A stretch of 64,000 nt of DNA from Trichinella spiralis. Lineage: Eukaryota. How positions within the stretch are numbered: position 1 is the first letter of the stretch; every line of letters begins with the position of its first letter. Positions 26,791 to 40,300 of the stretch are shown here, one piece after another. The notes below the pieces were generated by a model. That model was given only the letters and a program-made list of their open reading frames with translations. It did not search any database and was not told the origin of the DNA. The translations under genes and the position numbers were made by a program. Location: contig NW_003526943.1 in assembly GCF_000181795.1 (NCBI RefSeq), positions 1,793,647 to 1,857,646 of the forward strand, given 5' to 3'.

Positions 26791-26850
26791 ACATGTTTTT
26801 AACCAGGTTTTGTTTCTTCAGTTCAAATGCTAAGCGGAAGTGGTCTAGTC

Positions 26851-27100
26851 GCAGATTTGTAAAGTATTTACGCTGAATTCGGTTGAAAATGGCTTTCTTG
26901 TAAATAATACCATGGAAGTTGAATTTTACAGTTCCTTTTTAATAGCTGCAACCTTAAATACTGCAAATTTAGTAAATCTGCCCCTGAAATTCGCGCACAG
27001 CTGTATCCCGCCGTCAATATTATGAAAAATTTTATTACATCAGCTTGCAGATTCGTAAAGTATTTACGTTGAATTTGGTTGAAAATGGCTTTCATGTAAA
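26851..27100 (+). repeat. Pair of ~54-bp direct repeats (26851-26904 and 27047-27100)
   Basis: GCAGATTTGTAAAGTATTTACGCTGAATTCGGTTGAAAATGGCTTTCTTGTAAA vs GCAGATTCGTAAAGTATTTACGTTGAATTTGGTTGAAAATGGCTTTCATGTAAA (4 mismatches). Confidence 0.9.
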
Positions 27101-27101
27101 G

Positions 27102-27848
27102 CAGTGGTTCTCAAACTTTTCTGGGTTGCGACCCACTATCAAAAACGGTAATTTTTCGCAACCCGCCTGCTTACAATGCATATTTTAAAAGGCAAGAGGG
27201 GTTAAATAAAAAATATTAGTTTAATACTTTAAATTTTTTAATGAACAAGCCTAATTAAAATGTATAAGAATATTTGTCAAATGCATAATGAGGTGTATGC
27301 GAACAGTGGGCTTGTTTTCTGTTTTGACTGATGACTTCTTCGACGTCCACACTAACACGTGTTAGTTTTATTTGCAAGATGTTGGATAATTGTAGCTTAT
27401 TATGAAATTTGCTTTTTAATTCCATTCATTGCTGAAAATCCAATTTTGCACAAGTAGGAAGTAGTAAAAGGAAGCAGCACTTTTGATGCTGCAGTGGAAA
27501 CAGTTGGATATGTGTTTTAAATTAATAGTCAAAACTGTGTTGATGTTTTACTATCAAAACTGACTTTAAACGAAGAATCTTCTGACAAATCGATTAATTC
27601 TCCATCTGCTTTTGTGGATATGCTGGTACAGACAGCATCTGCGTGCTGTGAGAAGCTGGACAGAAATAGTGATTCTCAGGTCATCAGTAACTGAATCACA
27701 GCTTACTTGTTCACCCAACAATTTTCAATGAGTAAAACTCTCTTAACAAAAATAAAGACTACTCCCGTACTTTAATATTTTACGCGACCTACCCAATAAC
27801 TGCTCACGACCTACTGGTGGGTCGCGATTCACACTATGAGAACCACTG
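27102..27848 (-). mobile_element. Non-autonomous Buster/Charlie-type hAT transposon (~750 bp)
   Basis: Terminal inverted repeats CAGTGGTTCTCA...TGAGAACCACTG with subterminal GCGACC-like repeats. The minus strand carries a broken transposase C-terminus (YPTVSTAASKVLLPFTTSYLCKIGFSAM...KQAHCSH). Confidence 0.88.
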
Positions 27849-28304
27849 CCATAAACTATGCGTTAGGCATTTTTTAAATAGCTACATTATTTTTTATTTA
27901 CTAATAATGATCTCAGTAACATACAGTTTTCAAAAAATAATTAAATAGGATTAAAATAAAATTTATCATTGATTCGCAATATCCTACTTATTACTAAAAA
28001 ATTAAAGAGAAAGCGTATCGGACGTTTCAACTAATGGTCATGCGCAATTCAGTGGTTATGGCTATTTGCATTGCATTTTATGATACGTTTATATTATTAT
28101 ATAGCTAAAGCAGATTAAAATCTTGATTGTATTGGTAATAGTAGATGTGTTTTAGATTTCATGAGCAGTTTTTTTCAAAATATTTATCTGGCTGATATAT
28201 AATTTGTGAAAGCAAGGATTGTCTTTTTATGTTGTAAATTTCCGGTGTTCTCATGACAGCGGACTTTGCCTGCAACAGTCCCATTTTGTGGAATAATTAC
28301 AAAT

Positions 28305-29527
28305 TTATTGTTGTATAACAATAGTACTGATCGCATTTGTGCTTCGATGATGCAAGTGGAAATGCTTCGAAAATGTTGAGCAGCATTTTGCAGTCAAAAG
28401 TAAATAAACAGCAGCGTAAATAGACAAACTGCTGACATAGAATACCCATGAAAGTTCTGGATGTAGAATTAACTTGGGATAATAAAGCCATATGAGGTGC
28501 ACAATTGTTGGCACGGTTATCATAAAGAAAGAGAAGAAAACTATTAAAATTGTATTCCTCATTATCTTTGCTTCTCGTTTTACCTGCACTGACCGAACAG
28601 AAGCTGCTTTAGCTTTTCTGTAATGAACACATAGAACAGCAGTTATTAAAAAAACAACACTGACGGCCCCAGAAATGCAACTTATAAAATTGTGAACTGC
28701 GTACATGCGTTTTGGCACGGTGGTTCTTAAAAAGCAAACTGCGGGAACTTTTGAATTCCAATGTTTTGGATCAGCGATGCTAAACCAAACTGCTAACAAA
28801 TGAATAGTTGGCCAAAGAAATGTAGTAACAGTTAGCAATAAATGTATTTTAGAATTTAAATGGCGAAGATGCATTGCCAAATGCACTGACAAAAGTCGTT
28901 CAGCAGACATGCACAAAATTGATATAGCCATAAGAGTATCACCAACAACATATAGAGAAATGTGTGGAGTTTTTGTCATGCATATGCGCAGGCTTGTAGT
29001 TTGAAATCGTACACCATGATTAATAATTCTATAATAATAACCAATAGCAAAAGCAAGTCCTGTTGTGCTTGTACCAATAGCGTATGCTAAAATAAAATTT
29101 TAATGAAATAATCAAAAAAATTAATTCTGCATTAAGATTTTGAATGCTTAAAAATGTTTATAAAAGTTTTTGACTAATGATTAGAAATTTCATAATTTTA
29201 TGCATAAAGAAATTAATTCAAAATCTCCTGTAATTCTAAAAGTCATTTATACGGAATTTACATTTAGCTTTATTTGAAATTGTACTTTTAGAAAAAAATT
29301 TCTCATTTGTATAAAAGCTAATGAAAATTGATACCTGTTATGAATATTCGATTCCTCATTGTATTATTTTTGTACATTGAAAACAGCAAGGAGGCATTTA
29401 CAATAACTGCAAGTATTGATAAGCACATTATAGTGTAGTCTATCGATGTATCATGTTCACCGTGAGGCTGCACTGTTTTTCCATTTTGATTTGCCAAATC
29501 AGAAATATTGAATGACTTATTATCCAT
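28305..29527 (-). CDS. Serpentine 7TM G-protein-coupled (chemo)receptor, two exons (29527-29335, 29086-28305)
   Basis: The spliced product has about 7 hydrophobic segments, SAERL in the DRY position, and a basic third intracellular loop (KREAKIMRN). Resembles nematode srsx-type receptors. Confidence 0.8.
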
Positions 29528-31833
29528 CTTAAAAAATAGTGTTTAATTTAAATAAATATAAAATTTTGTATAGAAATATAATATGCAGTTCAAACATATG
29601 TTTATTATTTTCAGAAAATCAAATTAGTATCTAAAATTTTGAATTAATCTGATTTATCTCATATTTTGAAATACGCAGTTACATATAAAAATAATATTAT
29701 TGCATACTGTTAAATTAAAATAATATTATTTGAATTCGAACCTCTTATTAAACAAACAAAAATAGGTTTTACTGCATACTATGAAGAATGTTTTTATTAT
29801 GAATATTTTGAAATTTATTTTTGAAAATATTTGCTATGAATAATTAAATAAAAATAAATTTAAAATACTCAAAATGACAATGGAATTTAAAATGCAAAAG
29901 TATATTTTTCATTGTTCAGACATTATAACTTCTAATTTAATCAAAATTATTTCACATTATATATATAGCAGTGGAACTGTCACAGTTATTTATAAGTTAA
30001 AAACCAGAACTTGGTTTTATTTTAATAAATATGTAGTATCTAATTTACTGTCGTATTGAGTGTAAAGAAAGTATTATAAATAGAATTGAATCTGTCAACT
30101 ATGTCAACATATTTTTAATATTTTTATAAATTTTGTATTAGTTTTTATTACTACTGATTTACAAGGTTTGTAGTTAATTTTATTTAACAAATATATGTTC
30201 ACTAAAAGATTATTTATCACTATTATTTATACACTCACCTGAGCAGAGGATCAGTTGAACTGAAGCATGCAACACAAGCTCAACGGATAGCTTAATATTT
30301 AATTGATTATTCTTTTAAATTAATTTAATAATTAATCAGTAATTAGTTATCAATTACCTAAGCCATTATTTCATTTAAAAATCCTCTCCATTCATTGTCA
30401 TTATTAATTATAAATTAAAGGTTTCATTACAGGCGCAGCTGCATATTCTGATTGTAGGAAAACTCTCTGCAAGATATACATTGTTGATATTCCTGTTTGA
30501 TATACATTATATAACAATTATTTCTTTTTCATTTTTCAATTACAATTATTTTTCATGCTTCAATTTTTAATTTTTATATTTTGAATTTAAATGAGTAATT
30601 CGTTTTTCTATAATTTGCAAAACAATACAATCATTAAAAAATTACTTTCATGTACTTATGAAATTGAGCTTTAACATTAAAATAAAATTTTAATCTAAAT
30701 TTACTGCTTTTTAGTATATATTATTTAGTAATGTACTGCAGTTAATTATTATCGGTAATTTACTCTATGTTAATTTCTTATTATGAATGCATTGGGGAGA
30801 AAAGAAATGTGTAAAAAAATTTATATATCTTTTCTCAAATGTCCTTTCCTTTAATCATTTTATAAATTTAGATAAAAATCTTATACATGTAAAATTTAAA
30901 GAGAATTAATTAAAAGCAAAAAGTGAAATTAAATATTTACTTTGATTAATGACCCTTTTTTGAAATTGACTCCTTTAAATTAAATTATAAAATGATAAAA
31001 TTTATAATTATAACACCTTTTAAATTATAAAATGCTAGATTTATTGCTTCTATTGACTAAAATTTTGTTTTTTAAACATATACGGGAGTTTGTGTACTAA
31101 TTAATTAAGCGATAAGCAGTCATAATTAATTAATTAATAGGTGTGAGAAATACACTAGTTACTAGTAAAAACGCGTTTAACATTGCTCATGTTATTCGTG
31201 TTTCAACTTTGATATTGACTTCAATTTTAACTTCTTCGTAAAAGACACACATACATAAAATTATACAATTATAATCTGCAAAAACTAGATGATAAGATTT
31301 TAAATCTTCAGATAACTGAACATGTCATGATTATTAACATCATTATATTAAGTTATTAAATTTAAACACGGAACTTACAGCTGGATAAATTTTGCAGAAA
31401 ACGTTTCTTGTGATGCATTTTTCTGTTTTGAAATTTCTATCAGACAAATTCTTTGCTAATCATAAAAAATCAAAAATCGAAGAGTAAGCTGTCAACGTCA
31501 TCTAAAAATATTTTTTCAAATGATTAAAGTAGAAAATAAATCAACAAAATATAATGTAAATTTTTCATATCAAAACGTTGCAACAAACCTGTAAACTTTA
31601 CAAAGAATCTACTTTGTGCTTTATTTTTATATTTTAGTTTAAAGTTTTTTGGTTTTTGAACAATGGTTAATGATAGATTCAAAATCTATACAAAAAAATC
31701 TTTGCAAAGAAACATATTTTCTCCCCAATAACTATAATTTGTAGAATATTTAAAAGAGAAAAAAATAATAGCAGAAAACTAAAGTGCATTTCACCATACA
31801 CTGAAATCAATAAAATAAAAATCGTAATTAAAA

Positions 31834-32460
31834 GTGTCGGAATATCCTATCAGAGCGTCTGCGGTTAGTATGTCGAGCGAATTCATTGAGAAATTTAAGA
31901 AGCAGCACTGGATGGCTACAAAGAGAGTAATTCGATGTCTGAGAAAGACAGTAAATTATGGATTGCTTTTCACAAACGATGATCACGCTCTCAGTAAATT
32001 GCAGTCGCTGATTGGGGTGCAAATCATGATGATTTTAAGTTCTATACAAGATATATCTCCATTTTTATAAACGTAGCAGTCAACTGGGAAGCAAGGAAAC
32101 AGAACACCGTAGCGTTGTCAGGCACAGCAGCTGAATATATGGAGTTGTCAGAAGCTTCGGAAGAAGCAATACACCTGAGACAACTCTTTGATGAAACTAC
32201 AGATGAGAGTAAGAAGGTAGCATTGGATGTTGATAATCACATCTGTTGATTCATATCATATTGATAATCAGAGGGCAGAGAGACCAGCAATAAATCCAAT
32301 CTTTCATGTGAGAACGAAGCATATCAACATCCGCCATCATTTTATTAGAGATGTTATGCGACGCAGGAAAGTAGAATTGTGCTGCCTACCAAATAAACTC
32401 ATGACTGCCGACATTCTCACAAAAGCATTGCTTAAAGGGAAACATGAAGAATGTATTTAA
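31834..32460 (+). mobile_element. Ty1/copia retrotransposon pol relic (end of RT + RNase H), frameshifted
   Basis: HWMATKRVIRCLRKTVNYGL...ADWG...VNWEARKQNTVALSGTAAEYMELSEASEEAIHLRQL...IDNQRA...NPIFHVRTKHINIRHHFIRD...MTADILTKAL, spread over shifting frames. Confidence 0.9.
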
Positions 32461-33909
32461 AATTTTGGAATCGAGCACATATGGAATGAAAACCCTGATA
32501 GGATTCAATAATGTAAAGCAAGTGTTGGAATAATACACTGTCGAATTAACGGCTTTCACATTCGCTAAAATACAAACGAAGATTGACCAACGCACATGAA
32601 TGAATGACTACGGCAGAACATCTGCAAGCAAAAGGAAGCCCTGAGGATTCTCCTAACACCTATATGTCATACGCTAAAATGCTGTATTGTAATTTTTGCG
32701 AACCAAAAAGAGTGCTTATTTTTCTTAGTAGTTATGCTTTTGATTATTCTTTTTTCCCTTGTAGAGTAGTATTCTGTTTTTACTCGTATATCAGCCACTG
32801 TTAGTCGTGCAATTCACACACTTTGAACAACAAAAAGTCAAAAAGAAAAGAAAATTTTTTGCTCAACACACATGATAATTTAAGAAATGCTTTTTATTAC
32901 AGTAGAAGGGCAAAAAATCTACCTAAAATTTGAAAGAAAATCAAAGTGTTCAAAAGAATGGAATAAGTTATTTAAAGATGCATTAAATAAAAAAATTTTT
33001 TTTGTCACTTTGTAAAACTTACTCACATCATTACTAGAGCAGTTGTTGAAGAAAAGAAACTTGCTTCAGAAAATGCAAACCAAGCTGAATGAGACAGACG
33101 TCAAGAGTGGAGAACAGTGCATCCCAAGGGATATTTTCATTTCTTTCGGTTGATTAGTGAAATATAATAATGATAATATTTTCAGTTTCTTTTGATATTT
33201 ATTTATTTTACACATCGTACATAAAAATTACGACCGTTTTAAATGCTCACTTTATGAATAATTAAATAATAAATCTGATATTGGACTGTGAAACGGTAAT
33301 ATCATTTCATACCAATAATTCGAAAAACTCATTCACTTGTTCAGATTACAATATACTTTTTTAAAATTACTTTAGTTATTCAAGAAATATAGGATTTTTC
33401 ATCTGCTTGCTTTCGCAATGAAATGCATCTTAGTCAATCATTTATTCAATAGTGAATAATAAAAATGGGTAGAATAGTTGCAGTTTATCAGTCATAATAA
33501 TTTTTTCTTCATGTTTCATATATTCATTCAATGAAAAACGAATAAAATTAAACCAAGAATCAGCAATAAAATAAATTTTAAATTAAATATTCATGAAGCA
33601 TTATGCAAAAAAGTAAATTACACTAACAACAACAATCCAAAAAACAATTAAATTACAAAAAAAATCAACAAAAGTTTCCCACTACTTAATTTATTTCATA
33701 ATAAACTGTTCGCATTCTGAGCGATAATAATAATAATAATAATTCAATTTCAATGCTGAAAAATCTTGTTATGATTTTCTTCATTTTTTTCATTTTTAAC
33801 CACATGAAATATTATCCTGATCGTCATTAGCATTATTATCATCTTCTTTTGCATCATGATAATGCTGGTATGCAGGAAAAAACAACTAAGAAAAAAAGAA
33901 ACCGTTGAC

Positions 33910-35932
33910 TCATTCGTCAGGACCAACAGGCTTGATGGTCACACCGCGCCGAATCTTTCCCCAACCAATCAGACGCCAGTGTTTATCGATACGCCTGGAC
34001 AAGGCGATCTTCTCGTCCTCTGCAGTGCAGACGGGATTGGTCAGTGATATTTTGGCCAGATCACTTTTCACGCCAATCACTCGACCACCAGTGGACAATG
34101 AACCGATGTTCACCATGAGAATTTCATTTTTCGCCAATTTTTGCACTTTCGCAGCTTTCCGGTCACCTTCGGTACGCACGCCTAGCAGGCGTCGAAGCAG
34201 AAAATAGCTAATCTCGATTTCTGTATAAATATCCGGCAACGTGCCCACAGCCCCGAGCACCTGACCAACCAGACGATCAGCACGACACAACGTCGGGTCG
34301 ATTTTTGTTCCAACGCCAATCAAGCCTCCCGGAACCGCATACTGTAATTCATTGGATTCAGCAAACAACGAAACGACCCGAGAAAATATTGGTCGACAAG
34401 TCAATTTTCCATCACTACTTTTCGATATAATCCCTGGACGCACTTCGATCTCTTGACCCGCTCGAAGAACACCTTAAAAAAATATATAATATGTTTCCTG
34501 TCTGGGGAATTATTATTTTTCGATATTGAAAAATTCACCTCGCAATATACTTCCACCGGCTACACCTCCTTTCAGTTCGTGCACCTCACAACCGGGTTTA
34601 TTCACGTCAAAAGAACGAATAACAATCAAACGAGCAGGAGAACTGAAGTCACGCAATGGCACGGGAATTTTTCGGCAAATATGTTCACAAATAACCTTAA
34701 AAAATATAATAATTCACAACATATTTTATATCAAATAGCAAATTATCAAATCAAATTTATAGTGCAATGCTGTATTGGAATCCATTAATTAAACACTGAT
34801 GCGTACCGCTTAACTGAAGGCTGTATTAAATAATTTTGTTAAAATATTATTGTAAACATGCGCGGATTTTCTACTATAATTATCAATTTCAATTTTAGAA
34901 ATCAACTAAACGTAAATTATTTTCTTATTCTGCAAATGAAACAATGCTACAGCCACTGATAGCTTTATTTCTATTTACAAATGGATAAACCATTTGTTTA
35001 ATAGTTCTCTACTGGACAGGAGTCCAAGTGCACAATCAGCCCACATAATGAAATAATTTATTGCTTATAATTTATCAAATGAATTAACAAAACTAGTATT
35101 ATAATTACATTATTATCGTAAAGTAAAATTTATATATGCTTATAGATAAACACTAAACCAATGCAAAAAAATATTCTTCAGAAAATAAAATAAGGGTTAC
35201 CTCAATATTATATTTCAACTGTGCTGAGATGGGGACAACTGGAGCAGATTCGGCAATTGTGCCTTGAATGAAACGCAGAATTTGCTCATGCTGCTCACGA
35301 GCTTGACTTTCTTTGATGATGTCAATTTTATTTTGCAATATCAAAATATTCTGCAAACGCATGATTTCAATTGCAGCTAAATGTTCACTAGTTTGAGGTT
35401 GAGGGCAAGATTCATTTCCAGCGATTAACAGCAACGCCGCATCCATCACAGCGGCGCCGTTAAGCATTGTAGCCATCAGTATATCGTGACCAGGACAATC
35501 CACAAAAGAGACATGTCTTACTAACTGGAAATTTCCTTTACATCCTGGCCTATCACATGGAAATGTATCAGGCTGGGCGCTTCCAGCTGAACGATAGCAT
35601 CCCGGTGGTGGACAGTCTTCACCGTCGCATTTGTAAATTTTTGCATTCGCATAGCCGAGCTTGATTGTGATGTTCCTTTCTAGTTCGTTTTTGAAACGAA
35701 CCGTCTGCACACCACTGAGCGCTTTAACCACAGTAGACTTTCCGTGAGCGACGTGACCAATAGTTCCAATATTGATTGTCGCCTGTCGGCTAATTACCTC
35801 CGGCGTCAGAGGAGTCAGATCTTCAATTCTAAGCTTCGTCAAGTCTTGAACAGCAAGACAATCCGCTTTTTGTTCTTCAACTTCATTTTTTTCTTTAGAG
35901 ACACCATTAACTTCGCTACTTTCAGATACCAT
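33910..35932 (-). CDS. EIF2S3: Eukaryotic translation initiation factor 2 gamma subunit (3 exons)
   Basis: [54 protein letters not shown]-terminal [11 protein letters not shown]. Confidence 0.98.
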
Positions 35933-37355
35933 TTCCAGCCGAGGTTGATTTGAGCACTACTACACAATAAGCAGAACTGAAATTCTCAAATAAATCACCA
36001 AACATTACGACACAATATTACAGTAAACAAACGTTCAAGTACAAATTTCTGAAATCGTAGATGAAAAAATACAACTATAAAAAATCAAAAAATAGCTTCT
36101 TTAATATTTAAAATATTGATAAACATCCAGTTCCATTATTGCTATAAGAATATTGCAAAATGTAATAGCTGTGTAATTAGTCCGTTTTAAAATTTTAAGA
36201 ATTTTTCTTATCTTAATCACTGGCCTACACTTTTTTATATTCTCTTCCAAATGAGTGCATGGAAAACACAGGATAATTTTATTTTTTACACATAAGATTG
36301 TACAGTTTTTTGAAGACTGTAGGTGTAATAAATGGAAATACATTTTTATATTCATGGTCAATAAATGTCATTTAAAGATGTAAAAATATTATAAAGGAAG
36401 CTCATTGTGGTATCAGTTTGTATGTAATGTAAACGTGGTTGTTAACAAATAGATGAATTTATTCATTGTTTGTGACATTGTTATTGTAAATGTCCAAATG
36501 GTTAAATTAAGTGTATAAAAATGCATCTTTTATTTTCGATTCTTTAGCTTTGATGTGTGATCCACTTATGTGAAAATCCAATCTCACATGTTCCAAATCA
36601 ACTCGTGACAGGCATTCCCTAAAATTGTTACTAAACTCCACAACGCACGTTAAGCTTCATTTTCATTCAGTAAATATTTTGTCAACTTTAGCTATAAATT
36701 TACTTCAAATGTAATCAATTTATAAGTGGCATCTTGCAAATTGGTTAACAGCTATCATATCCTATAAAATGAAAATTTAAATTGCTAAATGCAAACGAAT
36801 TTGCTAAATTTCACAAAGGGATAAATTTGATAAATATTTATTATTGTAAAGAATGGCCAGCTATTACCTAAGCTGTATTCACTGTTTATGTAATACATTG
36901 ATATTTTTATGATGACTTTAATATCATTTTTCATACTGTAAGTACAGGTAGTACGTTGCTTCAAAACATGTTTTTGATAATTTTTAATTTATGTATTTTT
37001 ACTTTATAGTATATTCATATTTTATTTATTAAATAAATATAATCGCTAAATGATGATTTAAATTTCACTGGCATAATTAATTATCTCTACTTGATTATGT
37101 CGAAAAACGCTATCCTAGAACAGTTTGGTATTTATTAAACATGAAGAATTTACTTTTAATCCAGGGTTTATCATTTGAAAAACAAATTTATGCGTATAAA
37201 TTTATCTTTTATTTATTTATAATTGCCTATAACTTTAGTCAACACTAAATATTGTTAACATTACAGTCAAATGCTATTTACAATTGAATATGAAAAAAAT
37301 GTTACTGCTCAGTATATTTGAAAATATATTTTAGCTTTTTATTGCATCAGTAAAT

Positions 37356-40300
37356 ATGGAAGAAGAAGACATTTTTGATATTTTTGGTGATGAATTCGAA
37401 GATAATAGTAGAGCTCAGAAAAAACGACGAATGGAAGATGTGGAAGAACAGATTATTACCGACAATGAATCAAGGTTGATAGACGATTTTTTCATATTTT
37501 ATTTATTTAAGGAAGAATTGAAGACAGTTTATGCAATGGACTAATTTTGAAATGATTATAAATTTTAGAGCCAAGCATTTGTTAAGTCAGTTAGAGAAAG
37601 CTGTAGCCGAAATTGAAGAACCTAAAGTTGAAGAGCCTGAAATTACTGTAGAGTCTGAAATTGTGGAAATAAGCGCTGAAACGAGTGTCAAAGAAGAATC
37701 GAAGAAAGATGCGGATATCAGTTTCGAGTAACATATAACTTTCAACAATTCATGCTTTTTCATAGAGTAAATAATTTTTTTAAGGAAAAGTTTTCGCGAA
37801 ATTCCAAGAGTTCAGATTTTATCTCTTCCGGCGGTTGGTTGCATTCATCAGGTTATTTGCCATACAGTAAATTTAATCAGTTGCTGATGAGGATTATTTT
37901 TCAGGTTGCGGTGCCTCCTAATCACACTTACGTTGCTCCAGCACCACTTGCCTCATACACAGCATTGGAATTTCCATTTCCATTGGATAGTTTTCAAAAA
38001 GAAGCTATTGCGTGTGTAGAACATGGAGAGTCAGTACTCGTGTCTGCTCATACCTCATCAGGAAAAACAGTTGTTGCACTGTAAGATTCCTGAAAGAGTT
38101 TTCTTTAGATTTTCATAAATGTTGTGCATTTTTTTGCTGAATATTTTTGAAATATTGAAATTGTATTATTATTTTTGTAATTATGTTGCTGAATAGTTGC
38201 AATATTTTGAAAACCTTTTTCTTTTAATTATAGATATGCTATTTCTTTGGCATTCCGTGAAAGGCAGAGAGTGGTTTATACTTCTCCAATTAAAGCATTG
38301 AGCAACCAAAAATATCGTGAACTTTGTCAGAAATTTTCAGATGTTGGTTTACTTACTGGTGATGTGACGATAAATCCATCCGGCAGTTGCCTTGTCATGA
38401 CAACAGAGGTTTGTTTGAAAATCAGTTTTATGCAAATAAATTGTTTTATCTTTCTGGTTTTTAGATTTTGCGAAGCATGCTTTACCGTGGTTCGGAATTG
38501 CTTCGAGAAGTTGGATGGGTGATATTTGACGAAATTCATTACATGCGAGACAAAGGTATTTAATTTTTTTTAATAATTGTATTAGTTGTGCAATATAGAT
38601 TGTATTTAATGGTTTTATTTTTTTCAAGAAAGAGGTGTTGTATGGGAAGAGTCGATTATTTTGCTTCCAGATAGTGTTCGTTACATTTTTTTGTCTGCAA
38701 CTATTCCAAATGCATCACAGTTTGCCGAATGGATCACTTTTTTGCACAAACAAAATTGTCACGTAATTAGTACGGAATTTCGACCAGTACCATTGCAGCA
38801 TTATGTTTATCCTGCCGGAGGGGATGGAATCTATTTGGTTTTGAATGAAAATGGCGAATTTTTGGAAGAGCGCTTCCAACAAGCGATGAAAACAATTGGC
38901 AAAGGCGCTTCACTGACTTCCACCGATAAACGTGGCCGAAAAGGGGGCGTTGTGCAAAGTTTGTTGTTTAAAATGAATAATTTTTTGTTGGAATTTTAGA
39001 ATCTGGAAATAATTTTTATTTAGCTGGTTCGGCTTTGCACAAATTGATCCGATTGATCATGGAAAGGCAATTGTCTCCAGTTATTGTTTTTAGTTTCAGT
39101 CGCAAAGAGTGCGAAGTACAGGCCATGGAAATTAGCTCTCTAGATTTAACTGACTGTATGTTAATTTTGTAAATTTCAATTTATCATTTTGCCATTATTC
39201 AAATGCTTTAGCTAGAGAGAAACTTTTAATTCAAGATGTCTTTTGCAATGCCATTGCATTATTATCAGAAGAAGACCGCAAACTGCCGCAAGTTGGTTTT
39301 TTTATTTTTACTTTTTGTTATTAACAATTATAATAAGTAATTGAATTTGTTGAATGTTATGATATTTATGATGCTTTATGTGAAATCTTTTTATCCATGA
39401 AAACCGAAGTACAAACAAGGCATTTTGTAGATAGAATCATTGTTGCCAATTTTGAAAAATGGTATTGGAATTCATCACTCTGGTTTGTTGCCAATTATAA
39501 AAGAAGTGATTGAGATTTTGTTCGCGGAAGGCTTGATAAAGGCAAGAATACTGATTTTTTTGTTGAATTTATTTTTCATTATTTTGAACAAACTTATATT
39601 AGGCTTTGTTTGCTACGGAGACATTTTCCATGGGCTTGAACATGCCTGCGAAGACTGTTTTATTTACAGCCGTTCGCAAATTTGACGGCAAAGTTCATCG
39701 TTGGGTAATATAATTGCAATGATTTAATTAAACTGTTCAACTTTTAGTTTTAGAAAAAAAAGCATTGAATCATGAATTTTCATAATTAGTTGTTTGTTGT
39801 AAATTATTTTTTTCTTGTTCTGTATATAGCTTTCATCCGGGGAATATATTCAAATGTCTGGACGCGCTGGAAGACGTGGTCTTGATAAGAGAGGTGTTGT
39901 GATTTTAGTTCTTGAAAGCTCAATTGGAGCCGATATTGCTAAAAACATTATCAAAGTAAGCACAATTTGTTTCATTTGAGCGCAAAAATATTCTGAAGAA
40001 GATAGTTGGTGAGTTATTCTGAAAATTTGCTTGCAGGGCGACGCTGATCCGTTAAATTCAGAATTTCGCCTAACTTACAACATGGTTTTGAACCTTTTCC
40101 GTGTTGAAGGCATTAATCCTGAATTTATGTTGGAACGTTCATTTTTTCAATTTCAAAAATATAGTACTATGCCAGCGTTATATGAAAGTGAGTTTTTTTT
40201 CTGTGAACAAACATTTCTAAACGTTAATATCATCTATGTTCTTGTAGTTTATATTGAATTATTATTTTGTTTTAAATGTTGTTCATGTATAATTGGATTG

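Noticed and set aside
26851..27100. CRISPR-like repeat-spacer arrangement
   Set aside because: Only two 54-bp copies, ~140 bp apart, in eukaryotic DNA with no cas genes.
29600..31800. Long AT-rich intergenic stretch
   Set aside because: No ORF, repeat periodicity or RNA gene that I can support.
35010..35032. Small hairpin TGGAC-AGGA-GTCCA in eIF2-gamma intron 1
   Set aside because: Only a 5-bp stem with no snoRNA boxes; likely chance.
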